A stretch of 64,000 bases of DNA from Acidimicrobiales bacterium (GTDB lineage Bacteria > Actinomycetota > Acidimicrobiia > Acidimicrobiales > VFJN01), in NCBI GenBank assembly GCA_030681555.1, contig JAUXRW010000125.1, positions 1,730-65,729 on the forward strand, given 5' to 3'. Made by a program: the position numbers and the translations under genes. A model generated the notes under the pieces. It did no database searches, was not told the origin of the DNA, and worked only from the letters and a program-made list of their open reading frames with translations. Below, one piece after another: positions 37,633 to 46,571 of the stretch. Numbering within the stretch: the stretch's first letter is position 1; every line of letters starts with the position of its first letter.

Positions 37633-38481
37633 GTGGCTCGCCCCGTCTGGACGGGGTCCATCAGCTTCGGCCTCGTCAACGTGCCCGTGAAGGCCTACAC
37701 AGCGGTTCGCGACCACGACGTCCACTTCCACCAGCTCGAGAAGAGGTCGGGATCCCGAATCCGGAACCGCAAGGTCTCGGAGAAGTCGGGCAAGGAGGTC
37801 GACTCCAGTGCCATCGAAATGGGCTTCGAGGTCAGCAAGGGCAAGTATGTGACGTTCAGCTCCGAAGAGCTCGACGAGCTGCGTCCCGCCTCCACCCGGG
37901 CCATCGAGGTGTCCGACTTCGTCGCCCTGGCCGATGTCGACCCGATCTACTACGAGCGCACCTACTGGCTCGGCCCCGACGGCGACGCCGGCAAGCAGGC
38001 CTACCAGCTGCTGCTCGCGGCGATGGAGGAGCGTGAGCGCGTGGCCATCGGCACCGTGGTCATGCGCAACAAGCAGTACCTCACCGCCATCCGGCCGCTC
38101 GACGGCGCCCTGGCCATGTCGACGATGCGGTTCGCCGACGAGGTCGTGCCCCGTTCGGAGGTCGACGGGGTGCCGAACCGCCGGGCCAAGCCGGATGCCA
38201 AGGCCATGAAGCTGGCCACGCAGATCGTCGACTCGCTGGCTGCCGAGTGGGACCCGAAGCGGTACCACGACACCTACGCCGAGGAGCTGAAGAAGCGCAT
38301 CAAGGCGAAGGACCGCGGCAAGAAGGTCGTGGAGGAGCAGCCGCCCGCCGAGACCGATGCCGACGTGCTCGACCTCATGGAGGCCCTGGAGAAGAGCGTT
38401 CAGAGCGCGAAGGGGCGACGCAGCGCGGCCAAGGCGAGCCCGTCGGGCAAGAAGGCGTCGAAGGCGCGGAAGAGCGCCTAG
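37633..38481 (+). CDS. ku: Ku (NHEJ DNA end-binding protein)
   Basis: 282 aa with a GTG start. It begins ARPVWTGSISFGLVNVPVKAY and has a Lys-rich C-terminal tail. Confidence 0.92.
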   Translation: MARPVWTGSISFGLVNVPVKAYTAVRDHDVHFHQLEKRSGSRIRNRKVSEKSGKEVDSSAIEMGFEVSKGKYVTFSSEELDELRPASTRAIEVSDFVALADVDPIYYERTYWLGPDGDAGKQAYQLLLAAMEERERVAIGTVVMRNKQYLTAIRPLDGALAMSTMRFADEVVPRSEVDGVPNRRAKPDAKAMKLATQIVDSLAAEWDPKRYHDTYAEELKKRIKAKDRGKKVVEEQPPAETDADVLDLMEALEKSVQSAKGRRSAAKASPSGKKASKARKSA

Positions 38482-38490
38482 AGCGACACC

Positions 38491-40047
38491 GTGGCGTCCA
38501 CGAAGGCACGGCTCGAGCAGTACCGCTCCAAGCGCGACTTCGAGATCACGTCGGAGCCCTCCGGGAGCGGGCCACCACCGGCCAAGGGCGGTCGCCGGTT
38601 CGTCGTGCAGAAGCACCGTGCGAGCCAGCCCCACTACGACTTCCGCCTCGAGGCCGACGGTGTGCTGGTGAGCTGGGCCGTGCCGAAGGGACCCACCCTG
38701 GACCCGAAGGCGCGGCGCATGGCCGTCCACGTCGAGGACCACCCGCTGGGCTACTTCGACTTCGAGGGCGTGATCCCCGAGGGCCAGTACGGCGGCGGCG
38801 ACGTCATCGTCTGGGACTGGGGTACGTGGGAGCCGGCCGACGGCAAGGATCCGATCGCGGCCGTCGAGTCGGGTGACCTCCACTTCGATCTCCACGGCGA
38901 GAAGCTGCGCGGACGCTTCGTGCTCGTCCGTCGTGGAGCGGGCGGCGACAAGGAGCAGTGGCTGCTCCTGCACAAGGCCGACGAGCACGCCGTACCGGGC
39001 TGGGACCCGGAGGACCACCCCCGGTCGGTGAAGTCGGGACGCACCAACGACGAGGTCAAGGCCGCCCCCTCGGCGACGTGGTCGTCGCGGCGCTCCTTCG
39101 CCGCCCCCACGGCCGAGGAGCTCGAGGCTCTCGATGCCCTCGGCAAGGCGGGGGAATGGCAGCTCGGCGAGCACACGCTGCGCCTCACGAACCTCGACAA
39201 GGTGCTCTTCCCCGGGAAGGGCCGAGGTCGGCCCGTCACCAAGCGGGACCTCATCCGCCACCACGCCAAGATGGCGCCGGCCATGCTGCCGTACCTGCAC
39301 GACCGACCGGTGAACATGCACCGCTACCCGGACGGCATCGAGAAGGCGGGCTTCTGGCACAAGGCCGCACCTGACCATGCGCCGGAGTGGATCCGCCGGT
39401 GGCGGAACGTCGACGCGGATCCCGGTGAGACCAAGGTGTACGTCGTCGTCGACTCACCCGCTGCGCTGGCGTGGGCGGCCAACTTCGGTGCCCTCGAGTT
39501 GCACCCGTGGACCTCCACCGCCGATCACCAGCACCAGCCCACGTGGGCGATGATCGACGTCGACCCTGGCACCAAGAGCACGTTCGCCGACGCGCTCGTC
39601 CTGGCCCGCCTCTACCGCACGGCGCTCGAGCACCTCGGCGTGGAGGCGACGCCGAAGGTCACCGGCAAGCGCGGCATCCAGATCTGGGTGCCGGTGGCCG
39701 ACGGCTACAGGTTCGAGGACACGCGACTCTGGGTGGAGAAGGTCTCGCGGGCCATCGGGAACACAGTCCCCGAGATGGTCAGCTGGGAGTGGGAGACGGA
39801 TAAGCGCGGCGGTCTGACCCGCCTCGACTACACGCAGAACGCGATCAACAAGACGCTGGTCGCTCCCTTCAGCGCCCGCCCCGCTCTCGGGGCCCCGGTG
39901 TCGGTGCCCATCACGTGGGAGGAGCTCGACGATCCGAAGCTCCGCCCCGACCGCTGGAACATCCGCAACGTCTGCGAGCGCCTCGACACCGCCGGCGACC
40001 CGCTGGCCCCGCTCATCGGCCAGCAGCAGCGTCTGCCCAACCTCTGA
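38491..40047 (+). CDS. ligD: LigD-like protein with 3'-phosphoesterase and polymerase domains but no ligase domain
   Basis: 518 aa with a GTG start 9 nt after ku. The PE domain shows FVVQKHRASQPHYDFRLE...VHVEDHPLGYFDFEG. The polymerase domain shows LTNLDKVLFP...MIDVDP...KVTGKRGIQIWVPV. There is no adenylation (KxDG) region. Confidence 0.88.
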   Translation: MASTKARLEQYRSKRDFEITSEPSGSGPPPAKGGRRFVVQKHRASQPHYDFRLEADGVLVSWAVPKGPTLDPKARRMAVHVEDHPLGYFDFEGVIPEGQYGGGDVIVWDWGTWEPADGKDPIAAVESGDLHFDLHGEKLRGRFVLVRRGAGGDKEQWLLLHKADEHAVPGWDPEDHPRSVKSGRTNDEVKAAPSATWSSRRSFAAPTAEELEALDALGKAGEWQLGEHTLRLTNLDKVLFPGKGRGRPVTKRDLIRHHAKMAPAMLPYLHDRPVNMHRYPDGIEKAGFWHKAAPDHAPEWIRRWRNVDADPGETKVYVVVDSPAALAWAANFGALELHPWTSTADHQHQPTWAMIDVDPGTKSTFADALVLARLYRTALEHLGVEATPKVTGKRGIQIWVPVADGYRFEDTRLWVEKVSRAIGNTVPEMVSWEWETDKRGGLTRLDYTQNAINKTLVAPFSARPALGAPVSVPITWEELDDPKLRPDRWNIRNVCERLDTAGDPLAPLIGQQQRLPNL

Positions 40048-40096
40048 CCGCTGCCCTCCGCGACCTTTGGAGGGGTGTGACCCGCCGGCGGAGGGC

Positions 40097-41068
40097 TCAG
40101 CCGGCGGTGAGGACGAGCTTGCCGAAGGTGGAGCCGTCGGCGAGGCGCTCGAAGGCGGCCCGAGCGTCGGACAGCGGGCGCACATCATCGATGACGGGGC
40201 GCAGGCCCGTGCCCTCGGCCAGCTCGAGCAGTCCCACCAGCTCCTCCTTGGTGCCCATCGTCGAGCCGACGACGGACAGCTGCAGGAAGAACACCCGGTT
40301 CAGGTCGGCGGAGGGCGCAGGCCCGCTCGTGGCGCCGCTGACGACGATCCGCCCGCCCGGCCGCAGCGCACGCAGCGAGTGCTCCCACGTCGCGGCGCCG
40401 ACCGTCTCGATGACGAGGTCGACCTTCGCCGGCAGCCGCTCGCCGGTCTCGACGGCCAGGTCGGCGCCGAGCTCGATGGCCCGTTCCCGCTTCTGCGCAT
40501 CACGTGACGTGCAGAAGACCGTGTGACCGAGGGCCTTGCCGATGGCGATGGCTGCCGTGGCCACCCCGCCCCCGGCGCCCTGCACGAGCACGGTGCCAGG
40601 CGCATCGAGGTCGGCGCGGGTGGTGAGCATCCGGTAGGCGGTGAGCCAAGCGGTGGGGAAGCAAGCCGCCTCCTCCCACGACATGACGGACGGCTTCGGC
40701 ACGGTGTTGCGGGACGGCACGACGACCTGCTCGGCGAGGGTGCCCGGGTGCAGCTCGGAGAGGAGCGTGCGCTTGGGGTCGAGCGTCTCATCGCCACCGC
40801 CGGCCGCAGGATCGGCGATCACAGCGTGGACGACGACCTCGGTGCCGTCGTCGAGCACGCCGGCGGCGTCGCACCCCAGCGTCGTCGGCAGCCGGTCGGC
40901 GGCCAGACCCACCCCCCGCAGGGACCACAGATCGTGGTGGTTCAGGGAGGCCGCCCGCACCTGCACCCGCACCCAGTCCTCGGGCAGCTCGGGCTCCGGC
41001 ACGTCCCGCACGGAAAGGCCGGTGAGCGGGTCGTCGTTGGACTGCGAGGTGCACTGGACGGCGAGCAT
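40097..41068 (-). CDS. Zinc-type alcohol dehydrogenase / quinone oxidoreductase (MDR superfamily)
   Basis: 323 aa with an ATG at 41068. It contains VLVQGAGGGVATAAIAIGKALG and a typical MDR layout. Confidence 0.88.
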   Translation of the reverse strand: MLAVQCTSQSNDDPLTGLSVRDVPEPELPEDWVRVQVRAASLNHHDLWSLRGVGLAADRLPTTLGCDAAGVLDDGTEVVVHAVIADPAAGGGDETLDPKRTLLSELHPGTLAEQVVVPSRNTVPKPSVMSWEEAACFPTAWLTAYRMLTTRADLDAPGTVLVQGAGGGVATAAIAIGKALGHTVFCTSRDAQKRERAIELGADLAVETGERLPAKVDLVIETVGAATWEHSLRALRPGGRIVVSGATSGPAPSADLNRVFFLQLSVVGSTMGTKEELVGLLELAEGTGLRPVIDDVRPLSDARAAFERLADGSTFGKLVLTAG

Positions 41069-41210
41069 CTGACCAGCCGAGCACAGGTCGGGCCGGGCCC
41101 GGAAACCCGACGGATCGCCCGGCGAGCCGACCCCTGCATGTGGGGGTCGTCGTGTGCCGTGCCACCACCCCCGGGGGGGACATTCCGGAGGAGGAATCGA
41201 AGCAAGCCGA

Positions 41211-41240
41211 CGGGCGGGCCGAACGCAGACGGCCCGCCCG
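41211..41240 (-). terminator. Perfect 11-bp GC hairpin downstream of the E1 gene
   Basis: cgggcgggccg (41211-41221) and cggcccgcccg (41230-41240) flank an 8-nt loop. The hairpin lies 27 nt 3' of the E1 stop and is followed on the minus strand by a moderately T-rich stretch. Confidence 0.55.
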
Positions 41241-41266
41241 ATCAGTGCAGTGGCCTCGACGCGGCT

Positions 41267-43351
41267 TCAGTACGCGAGGGCCCGGCGAGCGGCCTCCGCG
41301 ATGTCGGCGACCTGCGGGAGCACAGCGTCCTCGAGCGTCGGCTCGTAAGCGACGTGGCAGTCGAGGGCCCCCACCCGGCCGACGGGAGCATCGAGGTGCT
41401 CGAAGCACGCCTCGGCGATCCACGCCGCCACCTCGCCGCCGAAGCCGGCCGTACGGATGTCCTCGTGGACCACCAGCACCCGGCTGGTGCGCTGCACGGA
41501 CTCGGCCACGAGGTCGCTGTCCCACGGGATGAGGCACCGCAGGTCGATGATCTCGATCGACGCTCCCTGCTCCTCCGCGAGGAGCAGGGAGGCCCTCCGG
41601 GAGCGCTCGACCGTGGCGCCGTAGGTGACGATCGTCAGGTCGGTGCCCGCTTGGTCGATCGTGCCCTTGCCGAGGGGCAGCACCCAGCCCTCCTCCGGGA
41701 ACGGGTCGCGCGTGTAGGGCTGGCGCAGGAGGTGCTTGTGCTCGAGGAACAGCACCGGGTCGTCGCACCGGAAGGCGGCCCGCAGCATGCCCACCGCGTC
41801 CCGGGCGCGGGACGGGTACATGACGACCAGGCCGGGGATGTGGGCGAAGATCGACTCGCCGCTCTGGCTGTGCCAGATGGCGCCGCCGGCCAGGTAGCCG
41901 CCGATCGGCACCCGCAGCACCATGGGGCACGAGTAGGCCCCGTTCGATCGCCAGCGGGTAGTGGCCGCCTCGGTCTTGATCTGCTGCATGGCGGTCCAGA
42001 TGTAGTCGAAGAACTGGATCTCCGGGCACGGCTTGAGACCCCGGATGGCCTGACCCACGGCGCGCCCGACGATGTTGGCCTCGGCCAGTGGCGTATTGAA
42101 GCAGCGGGCCACCCCGAAGTCGCGCTGGAGGCCGAGGGTGGTTCCGAAGACGCCGCCCTTGCCCTCGAGCTGCCCGATGAGCTCCACCGGCGCGTCGGCC
42201 ACGTCCTCACCGAAGACCCGGATCCGCTCGTCGGCCGCCATCGCCTCGTGCAGGGTGCGGCGGATGGCCTCGCCGAAGGCCACGACCTCCCCCTCCGTGC
42301 TCGGGGCGCCGGGATCGTCGATCGCCGGGAGGGCGGTGACGTTGCTGAGGAGGGTGGTCGGCGACGGGCGGGCGGCAGCCATCGCCGCCTTCGCCGCCGC
42401 GGCCACCTCGGCCTGCCCGTCGGCCCGCAGCTGCGCCACGTCGTCGGCCGTCGCCCAACCCCGGGCGATGACCGCCCGTTCGAGGAGCGTGATCGGGTCG
42501 TGGTCGCGCTCGTCCTGGAGCTCGCTGTCCGGCCGGTACTTCGCCTGCGTGTCGGCGGCCGAGTGGGAGTACGGGCGGGTGACGGTGGCGTGGATGAGGC
42601 CCGGACCCTCGGCCGCTCGCACCCGGGCCACGGCCACCTGGCCGGCCTCCCGGGCGGCGAACCAGTCGCGCCCGTCCACCTTCGTGACCGCGAGGCCGCG
42701 GAAGCCCGCCACCATCTCGGAGATGGGGGCTGGCGACTGGTCCTCCGACCGCACCGAGATGGCGTAGCCGTTGTCGGCCACGAGGAAGAGCACCGGGAGG
42801 TGGAGACGGCAGGCGGTGTTGAGGCTCTCCCAGAACTCCCCTTCGCTGGTGGCGCCCTCGCCCAGCGACACGTAGGTCAGCTCGTCGCCGTGCGCCTCCG
42901 CGCCGGGCAGCGACCGGCCCTGGATGTACCGCGTGGCCTCGGCGCAGCCCACCGCCGGCAGGCACTGCGATCCGGTGGCCGACGTCTGCGACACCACGTG
43001 CAGGTCGCGATTCCCCCAGTGGCAGGGCATCTGCCGCCCGCCCGACGCCGGGTCGTCCGCCGAGCCCACCGCCTGCAGCAGCATCTCGTAGGGCGTGACG
43101 CCGAGGGCCAGCATCAGGGCCCGGTCGCGGTAGTAGGGGAAGAACCAGTCGTAGCCGGCTCGCAGCGAGCGGGCGAGGCCGAGCAGCAGCGCCTCGTGCC
43201 CGGCGCCGCTGATCTGGAAGAACACGCGGCTCTGCTTCTGCAACGCGATCTCGCGGTCGTCGAGGGCACGGGACACGTGCGCGGTCCGCAGGTCGGCCAG
43301 GGCCTCCGTGGCGAGGGCGGACTCGGACGGGGCATCGGGGTGGTGGGCCAC
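41267..43351 (-). CDS. Thiamine-diphosphate-dependent 2-oxoacid dehydrogenase E1 component, fused alpha/beta
   Basis: The start is trimmed to GTG 43351, upstream of which the divergent PAS gene begins. The product is 694 aa. The alpha part shows YRDRALMLALG and GEGATSEGEFWE. The beta part shows VFGEDVADA and PIGGYLAGGAIWHSQS. Confidence 0.85.
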   Translation of the reverse strand: MAHHPDAPSESALATEALADLRTAHVSRALDDREIALQKQSRVFFQISGAGHEALLLGLARSLRAGYDWFFPYYRDRALMLALGVTPYEMLLQAVGSADDPASGGRQMPCHWGNRDLHVVSQTSATGSQCLPAVGCAEATRYIQGRSLPGAEAHGDELTYVSLGEGATSEGEFWESLNTACRLHLPVLFLVADNGYAISVRSEDQSPAPISEMVAGFRGLAVTKVDGRDWFAAREAGQVAVARVRAAEGPGLIHATVTRPYSHSAADTQAKYRPDSELQDERDHDPITLLERAVIARGWATADDVAQLRADGQAEVAAAAKAAMAAARPSPTTLLSNVTALPAIDDPGAPSTEGEVVAFGEAIRRTLHEAMAADERIRVFGEDVADAPVELIGQLEGKGGVFGTTLGLQRDFGVARCFNTPLAEANIVGRAVGQAIRGLKPCPEIQFFDYIWTAMQQIKTEAATTRWRSNGAYSCPMVLRVPIGGYLAGGAIWHSQSGESIFAHIPGLVVMYPSRARDAVGMLRAAFRCDDPVLFLEHKHLLRQPYTRDPFPEEGWVLPLGKGTIDQAGTDLTIVTYGATVERSRRASLLLAEEQGASIEIIDLRCLIPWDSDLVAESVQRTSRVLVVHEDIRTAGFGGEVAAWIAEACFEHLDAPVGRVGALDCHVAYEPTLEDAVLPQVADIAEAARRALAY

Positions 43352-43429
43352 GGTCGCACCGCCGACGCTACCGCTCGTCCTGCCGCCATCGGCGGCGTCA
43401 CCCGGGCGCCGTGGACGTAGCCTGCCTGC

Positions 43430-43843
43430 GTGACCCCCGAACCTCCGGGGGGCGGGCCCCGCAGCCTTCCCCTCATCCTCGCTCGGGAGCTGGCCGCCAA
43501 CTTGGCCACCCCCATGTTCCTCATCGATGCCGAGGGGATGCTGGCGTACTGCAACGACGCCGCCGAGCAGATCCTGGGTCGCTCGTTCGGCGAGATCGAC
43601 GCTCGCACGGCCGGCGAGCTCGGCGACCTGCTCAAGCTCGCCGACCTCGACGGCAAGCCCGTGCGACGGCGTGACTCGCCTCCCGGCGTCGCCCTGCTCG
43701 AGCGCTGCCCTGCGCATTGCGAGATGCTCATCACCGCGCTCGACGGCCGCCAGCGCCGCGTCGAGGTGACGGCGTACCCGCTGTTCGGGAAGGCCGACGA
43801 CATGCACGGGGTGCTGACGGTGTTCTGGGAGGCCCGGGCGTGA
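43430..43843 (+). CDS. PAS-domain protein
   Basis: 137 aa with a GTG start. The PAS core is PMFLIDAEGMLAYCNDAAEQILGRSFGEI...RRVEVTAYPLF. Confidence 0.75.
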   Translation: MTPEPPGGGPRSLPLILARELAANLATPMFLIDAEGMLAYCNDAAEQILGRSFGEIDARTAGELGDLLKLADLDGKPVRRRDSPPGVALLERCPAHCEMLITALDGRQRRVEVTAYPLFGKADDMHGVLTVFWEARA

Positions 43844-44724
43844 GGGTGCGGGTGTGGGGGTGCCGCGGGTCGCTGGCCACCCCCGGACCGGACACCGTGC
43901 GCTACGGCGGCAACACGTCGTGCGTCGAGGTGCGCAGCAGCACCGGCGACGCCCTGGTGCTCGACGCCGGCACCGGCATGCGCCCCCTTGGCCTCGCGCT
44001 GGAGGCAGAGGGCGTGCAGCGCATCCACGTGCTGCTCAGCCACCTGCACCTCGACCACCTCCAAGGGCTGGGGTTCTTCGCCCCGCTGTTCGACCCCGGC
44101 GTGGAGGTCCACATCTGGGGTCCGGCGTCGCCCGTGCAGTCGCTCTCCGACCGGATCGCCACCTACCTCTCGCCCCCGCTGTTCCCGGTGCGGCTGGCCG
44201 ACGTGCCGTCGAAGCTCCAGTTTCACGACGCACCCGAGGACGAGGTGCAGATCGGCTCCGTTCGGGTGCGGGCGTCGCTCGTCACGCACCAGGGCCCCAC
44301 CGTCGGGTATCGCATCGAGGAGGACGGTCGGTCGGTCGTCTACCTGCCCGACCACGAGCCGAGCCTCGGGGTCGACGTCGCGGACCAGCCGGTCGAGTGG
44401 ATCAGCGGCCACCACCTCGCCCACCGCGCCGACGTGCTCCTCCACGACGCGCAGTACGGCGACGACGAGTACCCGCGCCACGTCGGCTGGGGCCATTCGG
44501 CGGTCGGGCACGTGGTGGCGTTCGCGCGCAAGGCCGAGGTCGATCGCCTCGTCCTGTTCCACCACGATCCCGGCCACAGCGACGAGCAGCTCGAGGACCT
44601 CGTCGAGGAGGCGCGCCTGCTGTGGGGCGCCGACCACCAGCGCGTCTGCTGCGCGTGGGACGGCATGAACATCGAGCTGTCCCCCGACCACATCTCCCTG
44701 CCCGCCCCACCGCTACCGGCGTAG
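43840..44724 (+). CDS. MBL-fold metallo-hydrolase
   Basis: 294 aa. The GTG start overlaps the PAS stop (GTGA). It has the HxHxDH motif LLSHLHLDHLQGLG. Confidence 0.85.
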   Translation: MRVRVWGCRGSLATPGPDTVRYGGNTSCVEVRSSTGDALVLDAGTGMRPLGLALEAEGVQRIHVLLSHLHLDHLQGLGFFAPLFDPGVEVHIWGPASPVQSLSDRIATYLSPPLFPVRLADVPSKLQFHDAPEDEVQIGSVRVRASLVTHQGPTVGYRIEEDGRSVVYLPDHEPSLGVDVADQPVEWISGHHLAHRADVLLHDAQYGDDEYPRHVGWGHSAVGHVVAFARKAEVDRLVLFHHDPGHSDEQLEDLVEEARLLWGADHQRVCCAWDGMNIELSPDHISLPAPPLPA

Positions 44725-44897
44725 CGGGCTCCTGCAGAACCTGGCGGCGTGCGCCTCGCTGGCCAGGGTCTGCGGGTCGATGGTGTCACCCCCAGGGCGC
44801 GGCGGCGACCAGCGGTCCCCGGCGAACTCGCGGCTGCTACCGGACGGATCTGTCCTGCATGCGTCGGCGACGTCGACGTGCCTGGGCCGAGACGCGC

Positions 44898-44929
44898 CGC
44901 AGGCTGGCCGCCGAAGCGACCAGCCTGCG
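44898..44929. terminator. Perfect 10-bp hairpin between convergent genes
   Basis: cgcaggctgg (44898-44907) and ccagcctgcg (44920-44929) flank a 12-nt loop. The hairpin lies between the MBL gene end (44724) and the secreted-repeat gene end (44957). Confidence 0.45.
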
Positions 44930-44956
44930 GGTACAGCTCAGTTGTGACTGGCTAGA

Positions 44957-46366
44957 TCACGAGGGGGCGGGGAGCACCCCGAGCAGATCGGCCACGAGGT
45001 GCGTGGCGTGCTGCGTGAAGAAGCAGATCTCGCTCTCGTTGCCGACCTGGGTGATGACCAGGTTCGCTCGCGTCTGGCCGGCCACCAGGTTCAAGTTTGA
45101 CGTCTCCGGGACCGGGGTGGACGCGCTCTGGCACGGGTAGACAGTCACGTAGGTCGGGGTGACCTCCGTGGCCGTGCCGGTAACGTTGAGGACGACCGCT
45201 TGTCCGGGGGAGGCCTTGCCTTCCAGGTTGAGCACGAGTCGGCCGTTGGCCACCGGCTTGGGGGTGTTGGCCGGCGTGTTCACGATCTGGCCCCCGGTCG
45301 GGATCGGTGCACCGGTCGGCCGGGTTTCCAGCACGCGGAGTGGGTCGTCCAACGGGGCGTAGCTCGCTCCGTCAGGGAAGTACCCGAACCGGTCAGCGAT
45401 GAGGTGCGTCGAGTTCGATGTGTAGAAGCACACGTCGCCGACGCCGATGCCGTCGTTGACGTTCTCTGCGGCCACGGCGGCATCCGCCGACTTCGTGATC
45501 ACGAGGTTGGCGGCGATGACGCCGTTCTCGAGGTTCAGGCTCGAGGCGAGCGGCGGATCGGGCTCGATGTTGCCGTTGTTGCCGTTGATGTTGTCGTGGC
45601 AGTCCCAGATGGTGACGTAGCCGCCCTCGGACGCAACGCCAGCAACGTTGAGCACGATGGCATCAGCGATGCCGCCGACGGTGAAGTGGTGCACCTGGTT
45701 GGCCGTCGGCTTGCCGCCGGCATAGCCGGTCTGCACGACGCCGCCGCCGGAGGGACGGGTGTCGAGGTAGCGATGCGGCGCCTCGTCGGCCACATAATCG
45801 CCGCTCCCCGTCCGGAAGTAGCCGGTGACGTCGACCAGGAGGTGGGTGGCGTTGCGGCTGTAGATGCAGAGGTGGTCGATGAATTCCTCGGCCACCGCTC
45901 CGCTGGCGCCGACCTTTGAAATCACGGTGTTCGGCCGGATGTCGTTGCTGGTGAGATTGACGTTGGACACGTTGGCCGGCGGATCGGGTTCCAGGGTGTC
46001 ATCGCCAAGATTCATGTCGGCGCAGTCCCACACGGTGAGGTAACCGTCGGTGCCGGTCGACTCGACCCCGGTGACCGTGGCCACGGCGACAGGCGCAGTG
46101 CTGGGCACGGGGGTGCCCGTGCCGCGAACCTTCACCTTGGTGATGGAGTTCGCGCCCGCCTTGACGGCGTTGGCCGGCGTGGTCTCGAACGGCGCGCCAC
46201 GGGTCTCGAGTACGCGCGTCGGCGTCACGGGGACGAAGTCGTCTGCGGACGTTGGGTCAGCTTGCGCTGTCGGCGTGAGGGCGAGCGACGCGCCCAGGAG
46301 GGTCAGCGTCAGCAGGCCGAAGAGGCCCCGCCTCTGTCGTCGTGAACCGAACGGCAGTCGTTGCAT
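44957..46366 (-). CDS. Secreted protein made of three tandem ~140-aa repeats of an uncharacterised Cys-containing module
   Basis: The start is trimmed to ATG 46366, which gives the signal peptide MQRLPFGSRRQRRGLFGLLTLTLLGASLALTPTAQA. The repeats lie at about 45812-46237, 45374-45796 and 44975-45361. They share R(V/Y)L(E/D)TR, NV(T/A)G, Y(L/V)T(V/I)(W/Y)xC, S(N/S)xNL, N(L/T)VI, xC(I/F)(Y/F) and THL(L/I/V)xD. Confidence 0.85.
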   Translation of the reverse strand: MQRLPFGSRRQRRGLFGLLTLTLLGASLALTPTAQADPTSADDFVPVTPTRVLETRGAPFETTPANAVKAGANSITKVKVRGTGTPVPSTAPVAVATVTGVESTGTDGYLTVWDCADMNLGDDTLEPDPPANVSNVNLTSNDIRPNTVISKVGASGAVAEEFIDHLCIYSRNATHLLVDVTGYFRTGSGDYVADEAPHRYLDTRPSGGGVVQTGYAGGKPTANQVHHFTVGGIADAIVLNVAGVASEGGYVTIWDCHDNINGNNGNIEPDPPLASSLNLENGVIAANLVITKSADAAVAAENVNDGIGVGDVCFYTSNSTHLIADRFGYFPDGASYAPLDDPLRVLETRPTGAPIPTGGQIVNTPANTPKPVANGRLVLNLEGKASPGQAVVLNVTGTATEVTPTYVTVYPCQSASTPVPETSNLNLVAGQTRANLVITQVGNESEICFFTQHATHLVADLLGVLPAPS

Positions 46367-46571
46367 AGGAAAAGTGACCTTTCGTAGAGGTGGGCAGACA
46401 TCCCACGAGGCCCCGCAAGCCGGGAACCTGTCTACCAGACGTCTCAGGACAGGGACAGGGTTCCGACACATCCGACATTTCTCCGAAAATGGGCACAGAC
46501 AGTGCGCAGCGATGCGGCGAGCCCTCCGGCCGCACGTCCTCCGCAGCTCCCCACTCGCCGCGGCCCAGCCC

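Noticed and set aside
40523-43420. 965-aa plus-strand ORF over the quinone oxidoreductase and E1 genes
   Set aside because: It lies antisense to two well-supported minus-strand genes, has no recognisable motifs and has an Arg/Gly/Pro-rich composition.
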